Below are positions 46,200 through 55,344 of a DNA stretch of 62,715 nt, one piece after another. The translations under genes and the position numbers were made by a program. Each line of letters starts with the position of its first letter. Within the stretch, counting starts at the first letter, position 1. The notes under the pieces are model-generated. The model saw nothing but the letters and a program-made list of their open reading frames with translations, was not told the origin of the DNA and searched no databases. Source of the stretch: a virus (Duplodnaviria; Caudoviricetes); IMG/VR virus record IMGVR_UViG_3300008108_000056, positions 1 through 62,715 of that record. One strand, written 5' to 3'.

Positions 46200-46412
46200 A
46201 TGAACTTGGCTCAATCGTTATGGTGGGTGATGCAAATGTCTTTCTTACTTGGACATTGTGCAGAAGGAAACTACATCTGTGTGAAAGATAATCCCTCTAC
46301 TGTTCAATACTATAAGAAGGGTGAGGCATGTTACATTAATGGAGAGTTTTACGAATCATGTCCAGGTATAGTACAAGAATCGAAGGAACGCAAAAGGAAA
46401 CCGTGGGATTGA
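46200..46412 (+). CDS. hypothetical protein
   Basis: Packed ORF, Cys-rich. Confidence 0.5.
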   Translation: MNLAQSLWWVMQMSFLLGHCAEGNYICVKDNPSTVQYYKKGEACYINGEFYESCPGIVQESKERKRKPWD

Positions 46413-46738
46413 ACTGGTATGATTACTGGATCGGTCATTGTTGGATGACTGGTTGGCAATCTATTGTGGGTGCATTTCGTATCTGGTGTGATCTCATGAC
46501 AGATAACTACAAGGACTATTCACTCATTCATACTGATAATGATGCAGAAGAATGTAGGGAATGGTTCTGGGTTTCTCTGGGTGAAGACAATACATATCCG
46601 AAAGAGTTTCTAGAATATCTTATGCAACTTGCTGCTGATGTTGAAAGTGGTAAGGAGAAAGTTATTCCTCTAGATGAGAATTTCTTTGAACGAATGAAAG
46701 AGTTGACAGATGGAGTAGAATTAGACGATGACACATGA
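46358..46738 (+). CDS. hypothetical protein (start uncertain)
   Basis: Trp-rich ORF in a packed operon. Confidence 0.55.
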   Translation: MSRYSTRIEGTQKETVGLNWYDYWIGHCWMTGWQSIVGAFRIWCDLMTDNYKDYSLIHTDNDAEECREWFWVSLGEDNTYPKEFLEYLMQLAADVESGKEKVIPLDENFFERMKELTDGVELDDDT

Positions 46739-47135
46739 AGAAATGATGGAAGAGGCAGCACGACGAGAAAAAGCACTAGAAGCATTAGACAAACTCTATG
46801 ATGAGAATGGTGAAGGTATGAAACAACTTGCCGAAACTGAAAGACCATTCTATCGTTTCTTTGCTGTAGAATACTTTGGCACTGGTGAGGGTATGTCTTT
46901 CTGGTTGAAAGCATGTCGTAACTATGAACCTTATGATGGTAAAGATTATGAACTGGAAAGTTTCAAAGAGTTTGTTGGTGACTCATTCTTCTTTGGTGGT
47001 ATTGAAGAACCAACAGAGGAACAGTTTCGTACACAATATGTTAATCTAATCCCAGATTATGTAAGCAAAATGCTTGACAAACGAGATCAACCAGGATTTA
47101 TTTGGGAAACTCACTATCACTTCAATTATTCATGA
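46728..47135 (+). CDS. hypothetical protein
   Basis: Packed ORF. Confidence 0.6.
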   Translation: MTHEEMMEEAARREKALEALDKLYDENGEGMKQLAETERPFYRFFAVEYFGTGEGMSFWLKACRNYEPYDGKDYELESFKEFVGDSFFFGGIEEPTEEQFRTQYVNLIPDYVSKMLDKRDQPGFIWETHYHFNYS

Positions 47136-47341
47136 GATTTCAAGAACCAACAAAGTGGGAACTCTTCCTTGACGGATTCCATGATTTCCTGTATGCTTTG
47201 GACTGTTATGACTATGAAGACTATCGTGAGTTCTGGGAAGCACTTTCTTCTGGATGGTATGATGAATACATCTATCCTTACGATGATGTTTTCTACGGTC
47301 ACATTCCTTCACCCGAACGTAAATTGAGGTTAGCACAATGA
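47132..47341 (+). CDS. hypothetical protein
   Basis: ATGA coupling. Confidence 0.55.
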   Translation: MRFQEPTKWELFLDGFHDFLYALDCYDYEDYREFWEALSSGWYDEYIYPYDDVFYGHIPSPERKLRLAQ

Positions 47342-47520
47342 GTCGTTTTGCAAAGAACCCAGACGAAATCGTGCTGGAAGATATTAGAATGTTCCACTAT
47401 GAAACGATGGAGGAAGGTCGGCATGTTTGGATTGGTATCTATACCAATGATGGCAAGATCTACCACATGAATATCGGTGGAGATAATCTCAAAGTATATT
47501 ATAGTAATGAAACAGCATGA
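47338..47520 (+). CDS. hypothetical protein
   Basis: ATGA coupling. Confidence 0.6.
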   Translation: MSRFAKNPDEIVLEDIRMFHYETMEEGRHVWIGIYTNDGKIYHMNIGGDNLKVYYSNETA

Positions 47521-47723
47521 CTGAAAGAGCACAAAAAATGATGCAGGATGTTTGGAATGAAAGAAACACCTGGGCAGATACTGAGCAGAAACTTGTTGCT
47601 GCTATTATTCGTAAAACTATTGATAATTGCCGAACTCTGGTGGCATCCAAGGCAAACAACTTGACAGTGATCGACAGGAGTGATATGCTGGCACTGTCGA
47701 AAGAGGTTGAGAACCTTCCATGA
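47517..47723 (+). CDS. hypothetical protein
   Basis: ATGA coupling. Confidence 0.6.
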   Translation: MTERAQKMMQDVWNERNTWADTEQKLVAAIIRKTIDNCRTLVASKANNLTVIDRSDMLALSKEVENLP

Positions 47724-47989
47724 AACTATTTGATTCTGAAACCTATGAGGACTATGGAAAGGAATGGTTTTTCCAAATCCTCAGATTTAAAAAGTTTACT
47801 CTGCTGGATTTAACTTTCCAGTGGGATGAGTATCCTGCCACCGAAATCTTTCCGATGCTGATTATGAGTATTGGACCCCATCATTTGTTTGGATTTACAT
47901 TCAGGTGGAGAGCATTTGAGATGAATTGTGATATAATTGATACTGCACCACGCAAATTTGAATGGTATCGTAGAAATGGACAAGAGTGA
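47720..47989 (+). CDS. hypothetical protein
   Basis: ATGA coupling. Confidence 0.6.
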   Translation: MKLFDSETYEDYGKEWFFQILRFKKFTLLDLTFQWDEYPATEIFPMLIMSIGPHHLFGFTFRWRAFEMNCDIIDTAPRKFEWYRRNGQE

Positions 47990-48112
47990 TAAAGATGCCT
48001 TATATCTGACATTATTTTTACTAATGCTTGTGGTACTTGACTTGTGCGTGATCGGTGGGATATTATGGCATGGTAAAGCAAACTTTCCTGAGTTGATCAA
48101 ACACCTACAATC

Positions 48113-48334
48113 ATGAGAAAGGTTACAGTCAAACCTAAATCCAGCAAGGCAAAGAATCGTCTTGCTAATGTAATGGAAGGTAATCCTGTTTGTGTTGTAG
48201 AACAGGATACTGGTGGAGAATTGTTCTTAGTATCTGAGAATGGTAAGTATGCTATGTGGGTAGCAACTAGGACTGGAACTAATCGTTTCGGTGATAAAGC
48301 AGATTCACACTGGGAGGTGATTGATCATGGTTGA
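48113..48334 (+). CDS. hypothetical protein
   Basis: MRKVTVKPKSSKAKNRLAN.M. Confidence 0.65.
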   Translation: MRKVTVKPKSSKAKNRLANVMEGNPVCVVEQDTGGELFLVSENGKYAMWVATRTGTNRFGDKADSHWEVIDHG

Positions 48335-48512
48335 AAAAGTAAAGTTTGTAACTGTCACACGCACTATTGATGACCGCAAAGGTATTCATTACCTTGATGC
48401 GATTGATGAGAATGGAATGCACTGGACAGCAGAGATGGATAATAAACAAGAGAAATGGTTAGTGTATTCTAAAGTTTGGACCAAAGATCCTCAACAACCT
48501 TATGACATCTGA
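48327..48512 (+). CDS. hypothetical protein
   Basis: GGAGG RBS; IHYLDAIDENG.HW. Confidence 0.6.
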   Translation: MVEKVKFVTVTRTIDDRKGIHYLDAIDENGMHWTAEMDNKQEKWLVYSKVWTKDPQQPYDI

Positions 48513-48684
48513 CACCTTTCGTAAATGGACGATCTGGACTTCTATTTCATTATTTGAGTTTTGTGTGTGGTCTTGGAGAAATCATATGTGGAACCACCTT
48601 GACGAATACCCAAATGAAGATAGAATGAGAGAACTGTTCTGGCATTACATCAACTACGGAAACACTACAACTTATTATGACTAA
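48502..48684 (+). CDS. hypothetical protein
   Basis: Packed ORF. Confidence 0.5.
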   Translation: MTSDTFRKWTIWTSISLFEFCVWSWRNHMWNHLDEYPNEDRMRELFWHYINYGNTTTYYD

Positions 48685-48886
48685 AGAAGAACCCAGGAAC
48701 TTCAGTCAATCATCTGTGGATCATTATCAAGTTGCTTACAAATACAACAATGCTGATCCAAATGAGTATCGCACACAAAAGCATGATACAATGAGGATGG
48801 CATTAGCAGCAGCAAACTTCCTTGACGCACGAGGGCAATATACTATAATCTCAGTAACACCTATCTACAAGACCAATGAAACCTAA
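48677..48886 (+). CDS. hypothetical protein
   Basis: Packed ORF. Confidence 0.55.
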   Translation: MTKEEPRNFSQSSVDHYQVAYKYNNADPNEYRTQKHDTMRMALAAANFLDARGQYTIISVTPIYKTNET

Positions 48887-49051
48887 AATCCGTGTAATCT
48901 TAGAGATGGCAATCGAAGAAGGTGTGCGTCGTGGGTATCATCGTGCCCACAAGCATGTAGAGAATCCTTCTGAAGGTGCTATTATCGAGCATATTGAAGA
49001 GGCAGTGATGTCTCAAATCTACGAATACTTTACTTTCGACGACGAGGATCT

Positions 49052-49336
49052 ATGAGTTTTAGCAAGACCATTTCAACTATTGCTGCCCTTGCAAGTATCT
49101 TCGGTGCTGCTGCTGCTGGATGGAAACTTGCCGAATCAAACTCACAACAACCCCCAACAGCATTAGACGAAAAGATTAATCAACTTGACCAGAAACTTGA
49201 AGAGTTAGCTAAACCTGAACCAGCACCAGTTGTATTGCCTACACCTGCTCCTGTATTGACACCAGCACCTCAACCTGCTACACTTCCTCCTGTAGCACCA
49301 CCCCCACCCCCAGTACCAACGGAGACACAACCATGA
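49052..49336 (+). CDS. membrane-anchored proline-rich protein
   Basis: N-terminal hydrophobic helix, coiled coil, PAPV-type repeats. Confidence 0.65.
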   Translation: MSFSKTISTIAALASIFGAAAAGWKLAESNSQQPPTALDEKINQLDQKLEELAKPEPAPVVLPTPAPVLTPAPQPATLPPVAPPPPPVPTETQP

Positions 49337-49590
49337 GGTTTCGTAAAGTAGAGTTTCGTTGGAGTAAATACAACAACAAGTATGAACTTGTCAGGTGGTA
49401 TGAACATGGCATCGACAAAGAAAATTGTTATACCATTGCTTTCTTTGATGAAAATAAAGAAGGATATGATATGAGGACCATTGGTGATAGGTTCTTTGAG
49501 GATAAAGATGCTTGGATTGTAGGAAAACATGCACTTTCATTTCTGAATGATATGTCTAGTGAACTACGTAATGAAAAGGAGTTAGGATGA
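49333..49590 (+). CDS. hypothetical protein
   Basis: ATGA coupling, GGAG RBS. Confidence 0.6.
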   Translation: MRFRKVEFRWSKYNNKYELVRWYEHGIDKENCYTIAFFDENKEGYDMRTIGDRFFEDKDAWIVGKHALSFLNDMSSELRNEKELG

Positions 49591-49817
49591 CTGAAGAACA
49601 AATTGATATGCTCCGTCATCTCATCAAACAAGAGATTGATGCTGCCCAGATTGATGGTATGGAACATGGTGCATGGGGATGGGCAGACAAACAACTAGAA
49701 GAAGGATGGAAAACATTTATAGATAGTTTTAAGTTTCGTATCAGCACAACTATTGGTTCAGATTTACTGGACGCATTTCATGACCGTGCAATTAATTCTA
49801 AAAACAAAGATGACTGA
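49587..49817 (+). CDS. hypothetical protein
   Basis: ATGA coupling, AGGAG RBS. Confidence 0.6.
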   Translation: MTEEQIDMLRHLIKQEIDAAQIDGMEHGAWGWADKQLEEGWKTFIDSFKFRISTTIGSDLLDAFHDRAINSKNKDD

Positions 49818-50085
49818 GATTCACTTATTTGTGCAGGAAGGATGTAGACCCTGCATGTATGCTGAAACACAACTGAAGAAAGTAGAAGGATGGGAGAATG
49901 TGGTGAAGATCACTAATGCCAAAGTTAATGGTGTTTGGTCTGACTTTGCCCGAGATTGTGGTGTTGAAGCTACACCAACTCTCATTGCGTTGGTTGATGG
50001 TGTCATCGTTGCAAAGATGGCAGGATCTAAAGAAATGACAACTGACTTTTGGAGGGCTACGGTAGAGAAACATGGGAATGTTTGA
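49810..50085 (+). CDS. thioredoxin-fold protein
   Basis: LF...GCRPC and GVEATPTL motifs. Confidence 0.8.
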   Translation: MTEIHLFVQEGCRPCMYAETQLKKVEGWENVVKITNAKVNGVWSDFARDCGVEATPTLIALVDGVIVAKMAGSKEMTTDFWRATVEKHGNV

Positions 50086-50464
50086 CACTTTCAGATCATC
50101 CTACGATCTAGGACAATTTACAAATGTGTTGTGCCAAACTAAGGACATTGAAGATGGTATTGGTGGCACAATGACTGACTACTGGTTAGACCCCAGTGGT
50201 CTTTTATGGTATCCAGAGTATAGTGGTACTCATGACTTTGTGATCATCGAGAAGGATGATCCACGATACGATCCTGATAGAAAGTTCCTGAACTTTGAGT
50301 GGATTCCTACTGGTCAGCATGGCAAGTATCAACCATGTTATCTAACAAAATACATTGAAGTCTATCCTGCTGAATGGAAAGGAAAATGGGAAGATTGGCC
50401 CAGGTTGCGGATTCACTTCCGATATGGTAGGATACAGGACTACACCGATGTCACAGGACACTGA
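50072..50464 (+). CDS. hypothetical protein
   Basis: MGMFD...QTKD motif. Confidence 0.65.
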   Translation: MGMFDTFRSSYDLGQFTNVLCQTKDIEDGIGGTMTDYWLDPSGLLWYPEYSGTHDFVIIEKDDPRYDPDRKFLNFEWIPTGQHGKYQPCYLTKYIEVYPAEWKGKWEDWPRLRIHFRYGRIQDYTDVTGH

Positions 50465-50802
50465 TGCCACGAACTAAAAAGGTTGAAGAAACTAAACCAG
50501 TAGCAAAGAAACCTGCTGCTAAGAAGAAACCAGCAACTAAACCTGTTGCTAAGAAAACCACAACCAAACCTAAGGCAACACCTAAACCTAAAGTAAAGAA
50601 AGTAGAGAATACTCAGGTCATTAAACCCACAAGTGATCTGAGTAAGTTTCCATATGAAACTTTCCCATATCGTCTAGAACACTCTGAAGGTAAAGGTAAG
50701 AAAGTGTGCTGGTTCTCACATGAATCGCATGTTCATAAATACATCGAACGTCATAAACTTGCCAAGAAAGATTATGTTGCAGAGTGTTTCGACATTCTAT
50801 AG
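50464..50802 (+). CDS. Lys/Pro/Ala-rich (histone H1-like tail) protein
   Basis: KPVAKKPAAKKKPATKPVAKK repeats plus a small globular domain (FPYRLEH...CWF). Confidence 0.65.
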   Translation: MPRTKKVEETKPVAKKPAAKKKPATKPVAKKTTTKPKATPKPKVKKVENTQVIKPTSDLSKFPYETFPYRLEHSEGKGKKVCWFSHESHVHKYIERHKLAKKDYVAECFDIL

Positions 50803-50870
50803 TAATAGTTAAGAAATCTTCATTTGTTAGGGTTTCTGGATAATATAGTATGGTACATCGGGAGATCCAC

Positions 50871-51038
50871 ATGACCGAAGCAGAATGGAAACAACTCAAA
50901 GAAATGAGAGAATGTATTAAAACATCTGGTATGCAGGCATTTGATTCTGCATATATGGATTCTTATGCACAGTTGTTATCCAAGTCTCTTTCTGGCAAAG
51001 GTGATTTTGTAAATCGTACAACTCCAACTAACTACTAA
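50871..51038 (+). CDS. hypothetical protein
   Basis: GGAG RBS. Confidence 0.5.
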   Translation: MTEAEWKQLKEMRECIKTSGMQAFDSAYMDSYAQLLSKSLSGKGDFVNRTTPTNY

Positions 51039-51039
51039 C

Positions 51040-51225
51040 ATGAAGTATTACGAACTCGCAATCAAATCATTGCATCAAAGACTTCTAGATTTAGAAAATA
51101 AAGTTAAATATCTTGAAGAAGAAAATGTAGGACTAACTAATGAATTGTATGAGTTGCAGAATCGTATAGATATACTTCAAGAACCAAAGTGGGAGCATTT
51201 AAATCAATTTAGTTTAGGAGAATAA
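51040..51225 (+). CDS. hypothetical coiled-coil protein
   Basis: Heptad pattern. Confidence 0.6.
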   Translation: MKYYELAIKSLHQRLLDLENKVKYLEEENVGLTNELYELQNRIDILQEPKWEHLNQFSLGE

Positions 51226-51410
51226 TGGAAGAAGATACATTACAGGTAACTGAAAATGAAGATGGAACTTTGTCAATCTCTTGGGATGAAAATGATCCTA
51301 AGTATTCATTTTTGAATGGGTTGACAGAGGCAGAGGTTACTGCTATTATTGAACAGTCTATCAAAAGGATGATTGAAGATGACGAGTCCCTATTGGACAG
51401 TGATGAATGA
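51225..51410 (+). CDS. hypothetical acidic protein
   Basis: AGGAG RBS; NEDGT..ISWDENDP. Confidence 0.65.
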   Translation: MEEDTLQVTENEDGTLSISWDENDPKYSFLNGLTEAEVTAIIEQSIKRMIEDDESLLDSDE

Positions 51411-51888
51411 TCTTGATTCTACGATCACGAACTTTATTCAGGTTCGTGATCTAGTTCGTGATAACATTGATGATCCTAAAGCTCTGGACCTAGCAGTACA
51501 GTTGCTTGATCATTATATTGACAAGCAAGATAAAGCATTTCAGAAAGCATGGAAAGAAGTTGTATTGCCTCAATCTGAAACAATTCAAGATAAGAAGTAT
51601 GTTGCACAATATACTGAAGAAGAATTAGATGCGATGTGTGATGCAGCAGAGCAAGAATCTAAGGAACAAATCTATAAGAACTATCGTGCTGCTATTGATG
51701 AGTGGAACAAACTTAATGATAAGTATAAAGAATTAGAACGATGCCATGAAGAACTTCAAGATCTATTTTATAAGGTAGATGGAGAACTTGATGAATATAA
51801 GGTGAAGTATGAACAGTGCCAGAGTAATTATCACCTCACTGTTAAACTTCTCAAAGAACTTAACAACGATCGAGAGAAACTTCAATGA
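51379..51888 (+). CDS. hypothetical coiled-coil protein
   Basis: Long helical ORF. Confidence 0.65.
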   Translation: MTSPYWTVMNDLDSTITNFIQVRDLVRDNIDDPKALDLAVQLLDHYIDKQDKAFQKAWKEVVLPQSETIQDKKYVAQYTEEELDAMCDAAEQESKEQIYKNYRAAIDEWNKLNDKYKELERCHEELQDLFYKVDGELDEYKVKYEQCQSNYHLTVKLLKELNNDREKLQ

Positions 51889-52079
51889 AATTATTTCTGA
51901 TGCAGAAATTTCTAAATGTACCAGTTTTATCTGGTATCTTTGATTCCTATGATGACATTGAAGATTTCAAGAAAAACTATTGGGGTGATCCCAATAAAGA
52001 CTGGCATGTGATTGAAGTTTCTGATGAAGATTTCAATGAAAAGTTTACTAAAGCACTTGTCGGAGAATTAAACTTTTGA
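51885..52079 (+). CDS. hypothetical protein
   Basis: ATGA coupling. Confidence 0.55.
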   Translation: MKLFLMQKFLNVPVLSGIFDSYDDIEDFKKNYWGDPNKDWHVIEVSDEDFNEKFTKALVGELNF

Positions 52080-52087
52080 CAAGGGGG

Positions 52088-52116
52088 TTGACAAGAGACC
52101 CAAAATGCTATATACT
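52088..52116 (+). promoter_or_regulatory. sigma70-type early promoter
   Basis: GGGGG-TTGACA-17 bp-TATACT. Confidence 0.8.
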
Positions 52117-52147
52117 AATGTTGTTGTTCACTTAAAACAAACTTTCA

Positions 52148-52336
52148 ATGGGAAAAACTTATCGTCGTTCTAGTGATGATTATGGATATGATTACGGTCG
52201 TCCTAAATCACTGAGGGAAAAACGTCGTGCTGGTAACAATGTCCGCAAAAAATGGGACAATGTGAGTGACTATGAAGGATATACCCAAAGTTCACGCAAA
52301 CAGCAACTTCCTGCCGAAGAAAGAGGAGAATGGTAA
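52148..52336 (+). CDS. small basic protein
   Basis: MGKTYRR...SLREKR, first ORF after the promoter. Confidence 0.6.
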   Translation: MGKTYRRSSDDYGYDYGRPKSLREKRRAGNNVRKKWDNVSDYEGYTQSSRKQQLPAEERGEW

Positions 52337-52578
52337 TGAGACTTAAATCTCATGAATCCCCTAGAAATAGGGGAAGAAACAATAAATCACCGAAACGATC
52401 TGCACGAACTCGGCAACTTAAAAAAGCACGAAATATGTTTCTGCAGACTATTGATAAGAAAAACAAATCAGAAGGGGGGTTGACAAACCCCCCTTTTTCT
52501 TTTATATTGTCTGGGTACTCAACGGAGAATAATGACTACGCAACGAACTCTCAGGAAATGGTTTCAAGATCCCATTAA
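52336..52578 (+). CDS. Arg/Lys-rich hypothetical protein
   Basis: GAGGAG RBS; basic N-terminal half; frame runs through the hairpin/promoter at 52472. Confidence 0.45.
   Translation: MRLKSHESPRNRGRNNKSPKRSARTRQLKKARNMFLQTIDKKNKSEGGLTNPPFSFILSGYSTENNDYATNSQEMVSRSH
52472..52508 (+). promoter_or_regulatory. terminator-like hairpin overlapping a sigma70 promoter
   Basis: AAGGGGGGTT-GACA-AACCCCCCTT plus T-run; TTGACA (52480) -17 bp- TATATT (52503). Confidence 0.75.
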
Positions 52579-52759
52579 AAATGCAGACAAGATTATTGAG
52601 AATCGTCTTGAATGGGGTGCAGACCGTTGTGAATATCTTGTAAAACAAGGTAATGAACTTGATGCCGTTGCATTGTATGAAGAATACAGTGAATGGGTAA
52701 ATACTCCTGACCACGAAGATTACGGTTATCTTCTTCTTGAACAAATCTCTGCTGTTTGA
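52532..52759 (+). CDS. hypothetical protein
   Basis: GGAG RBS after the promoter. Confidence 0.6.
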   Translation: MTTQRTLRKWFQDPIKNADKIIENRLEWGADRCEYLVKQGNELDAVALYEEYSEWVNTPDHEDYGYLLLEQISAV

Positions 52760-52934
52760 TACCATGACTGAAGGATTTATTACTCTTACCACTCGACTCT
52801 CTGATACTGAGTTTGAGTTTCTTCTTGATAGTCTTCGTAATCAAAATGATGCTGATGACTATGAGTTTGCTGAGCAAATTATCGACAAACTCTATCAAAA
52901 TGCTCGATAAAATATAATTGTAACAGTTTTGTCA

Positions 52935-52981
52935 CAGGGGTTGACTTTCGACCCCTGATCCCCTATCCTATAAAAGTAATC
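52935..52981 (+). promoter_or_regulatory. early promoter cassette (stem-loop around the -35)
   Basis: CAGGGG-TTGACT...CCCCTG hairpin; TTGACT-17 bp-TATCCT; AAAGTAATC tail. Confidence 0.65.
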
Positions 52982-53159
52982 AACGGAGACCAATGTTTTC
53001 AACTCTTGATTCCATCTACCAGTGTGAAGAACTCAATCGTGATTGGATTGATGATGCAATCGACGATGAGATTGATGATAATGGTGACTGGGACGTTACT
53101 GCTGACCATGAATATGGTGAAGTAGAGTATTGATTGAACACTATCCTTACGAGGAGATT

Positions 53160-53762
53160 ATGATGACCAAGACCGAACAATTTATTCAGGCACTGCAATC
53201 TGTGCCCAAAGAAGTATATGCTCTGTTTGTCAAACGGGCACAAGTTCTTTCCTATCAATATCCTAGTGCATTTGGTATGGATTGCTTTGCCCGTGGTGAA
53301 GGAATTGAATATGGATTTCTTGAATCTGTGCAGGATCACATTGATCTGAAACCTAACACTAAAGGACAAGCAAATGATCCTGATTATGTGTTCAATGGTA
53401 ACATCTTCCCTGATGCTAAAACACAATGTGGTGGTCTAAAACCACAGAAGAAAGGCAATAAGTTGTTTTACTCTAATCAGTGGGACATTCAGAAGAAAGC
53501 ACAAGGTGCATCTGAGTTTAAATCAAAGGCAGATTGTTATGTGTTGATTGATCCTCACTATGGTCGCATTGCTGTGATTGATGCTGCTGTATTTTACACC
53601 AAGAAGTTTAAGCAAGGGTCTGCACGTATTTCATTCTCAGTCAAACCTGAAGATGTGACCATGATCTATGATGGTTCTGCAGATGTTGTTGAGGTTGATG
53701 TAAAGAATGATCCTAACGCAATCTTTCAGCAAATCTGGGATAGGACCTTCTTATATGTTTGA
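53160..53762 (+). CDS. putative PD-(D/E)XK, restriction-endonuclease-like nuclease
   Basis: G..IE......, NDPDY.......DAKT spacing resembles a type II REase catalytic core. Confidence 0.45.
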   Translation: MMTKTEQFIQALQSVPKEVYALFVKRAQVLSYQYPSAFGMDCFARGEGIEYGFLESVQDHIDLKPNTKGQANDPDYVFNGNIFPDAKTQCGGLKPQKKGNKLFYSNQWDIQKKAQGASEFKSKADCYVLIDPHYGRIAVIDAAVFYTKKFKQGSARISFSVKPEDVTMIYDGSADVVEVDVKNDPNAIFQQIWDRTFLYV

Positions 53763-53827
53763 TAAGCAGCACTGATCAATGACCCCTTGACATCCCCCTG
53801 ATTCCGTGCCATACTTACAAAGTAATC
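53740..53827 (+). promoter_or_regulatory. early promoter cassette with tandem LysR-like boxes
   Basis: ATAGG-N5-CTTAT (53740), ATAAG-N5-CTGAT (53762), TTGACA (53787) -17 bp- CATACT, TTACAAAGTAATC. Confidence 0.7.
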
Positions 53828-53838
53828 GACAAACACCG

Positions 53839-54075
53839 ATGCCTGACATCACTTACGAGATGAACTTTGCAGATCCTAAGTATTGTGAATGGATCTTCTC
53901 TGATGGTCAATATATTGGAGAGATCCATGGTACTGTACTTGAAGGATACGAACTTCGCAAAGTAAATGAGATCCAACTTGCCGCAGGTGCAAGTGCAGTA
54001 GATCTCGAAACTATCGCATACTTTCAATGTGTATGTGATGCTAAAGATTTTGTTAATCAAGCAGGTACTCTTTGA
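53839..54075 (+). CDS. hypothetical protein
   Basis: First ORF after the promoter. Confidence 0.6.
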   Translation: MPDITYEMNFADPKYCEWIFSDGQYIGEIHGTVLEGYELRKVNEIQLAAGASAVDLETIAYFQCVCDAKDFVNQAGTL

Positions 54076-54231
54076 TGACTCCCGACACTTACACTTTCAC
54101 TGGTGATGCTACTACCTTCCTTGGTTTGGTTGGTGTGGTTTCGTCTTTCATTATTATTGTTGTTGCCTATCGTAGGTATTACAATAGTCCTTACAACATT
54201 CGTTATGTAAAACCTCAAGAGAAAAATACTA

Positions 54232-54501
54232 ATGACTGAAGTTACTCTTATTCGTAAGCAATCTGTTGTTGATGAATTGTGGAAACGAGCAGACAAACTT
54301 GTTGAAACTTACGATGGTGAGATGTTTGGGTCTGCCATCCTCACTAATATGAATCTTCGCATTCTTGAGGATGAATTGATGACACATGAGGAGTTTCATA
54401 GTTCAATTTATGATGAAGATCTAGAAGCAATTCATGATTATATCTGGTTGCACACTAAAGATCATCCATTGTCCCCATATCGTCACTATAACCAGGAATG
54501 A
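54232..54501 (+). CDS. hypothetical protein
   Basis: Packed ORF. Confidence 0.55.
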   Translation: MTEVTLIRKQSVVDELWKRADKLVETYDGEMFGSAILTNMNLRILEDELMTHEEFHSSIYDEDLEAIHDYIWLHTKDHPLSPYRHYNQE

Positions 54502-54655
54502 ATTACATGAAAGAATATATCACTGATGCTGAATATGCTCAGCAAAAGAAACAAGAATATAAACAAAAGAAACTGCGACAACAACTAAAGAATAACACCA
54601 AATCTACTCGTGGATTTGGTTATGATTACAAACCACTTCAATTTGATTATCCCGA

Positions 54656-54850
54656 ATGATGAAACCAACTAAGCATGTATCTCTGGGTGCATTTGTGGGT
54701 ATAATTGCATTTGCTATTGCTTTCCTTGGATTGCAAGCATGGGTGCTTGGTGTTGTTCTAGGATGGTTCGGTATTACACTTGCCTTCTGGAAATGCCTGG
54801 TGATTGTATTGCTTATTGGTACACTTTTCGGTTCTTCTCGTTCTAACTGA
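54656..54850 (+). CDS. small two-TM membrane protein
   Basis: Almost entirely hydrophobic. Confidence 0.6.
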   Translation: MMKPTKHVSLGAFVGIIAFAIAFLGLQAWVLGVVLGWFGITLAFWKCLVIVLLIGTLFGSSRSN

Positions 54851-54852
54851 TT

Positions 54853-55260
54853 ATGAACAAACAAAACGGATTTATTGACCCTGCTGTTGCTGCTATTGCT
54901 GTCGGTGTGGTTGTGATTGGTGGTCTCATCTTTATTGGTGGTCCACAGTATAATGTGTGGCAACAATCTCTTGCTGGTAAAGCAGAACTGCAAAAGGCAG
55001 AATATACTCGTCAGGTTGCTGTGTTGGAAGCACAAGCAAAGAAAGATTCAGCACAACAACTTGCTGATGCTGAGATCATCCGTGCTCAAGGTGTTGCCAA
55101 AGCAAACCAAATCATCGGTGATTCACTGAAAGATAATCGTGAATATCTTCAGTATCTTTATATCACTGGTCTGGAAGAAGGTAGCAACAAAGGTAACGTG
55201 ACGATCTATGTTCCGACCGAAGGTGGTATGCCTGTGCCCACACTTCAGATGAATAAGTGA
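54853..55260 (+). CDS. membrane protein with SPFH/prohibitin-like coiled coil
   Basis: TM helix, PQYNVWQQ...G.A.L..AE, AEIIRAQGVAKANQII, YLQYL, IYVPTE. Confidence 0.7.
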   Translation: MNKQNGFIDPAVAAIAVGVVVIGGLIFIGGPQYNVWQQSLAGKAELQKAEYTRQVAVLEAQAKKDSAQQLADAEIIRAQGVAKANQIIGDSLKDNREYLQYLYITGLEEGSNKGNVTIYVPTEGGMPVPTLQMNK

Positions 55261-55284
55261 ACTTTATCACACACAGTTAAACTA

Positions 55285-55338
55285 ATAAAATAGACTGATG
55301 GGCAGGGGGTTGACTCCTGCCCTTTTCTGTGCCATACT
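55285..55338 (+). promoter_or_regulatory. early promoter cassette (LysR-like box, terminator-like hairpin, promoter)
   Basis: ATAAA-N5-CTGAT, GGGCAGGGG/CTCCTGCCC stem plus TTTT, TTGACT (55310) -17 bp- CATACT (55333). Confidence 0.7.
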
Positions 55339-55344
55339 AAAAGC

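Noticed and set aside
52919-52936. TGTAAC-N6-GTCACA dyad next to a -35 box as an NtcA/CRP site
   Set aside because: Spacing fits neither GTA-N8-TAC nor TGTGA-N6-TCACA; single occurrence
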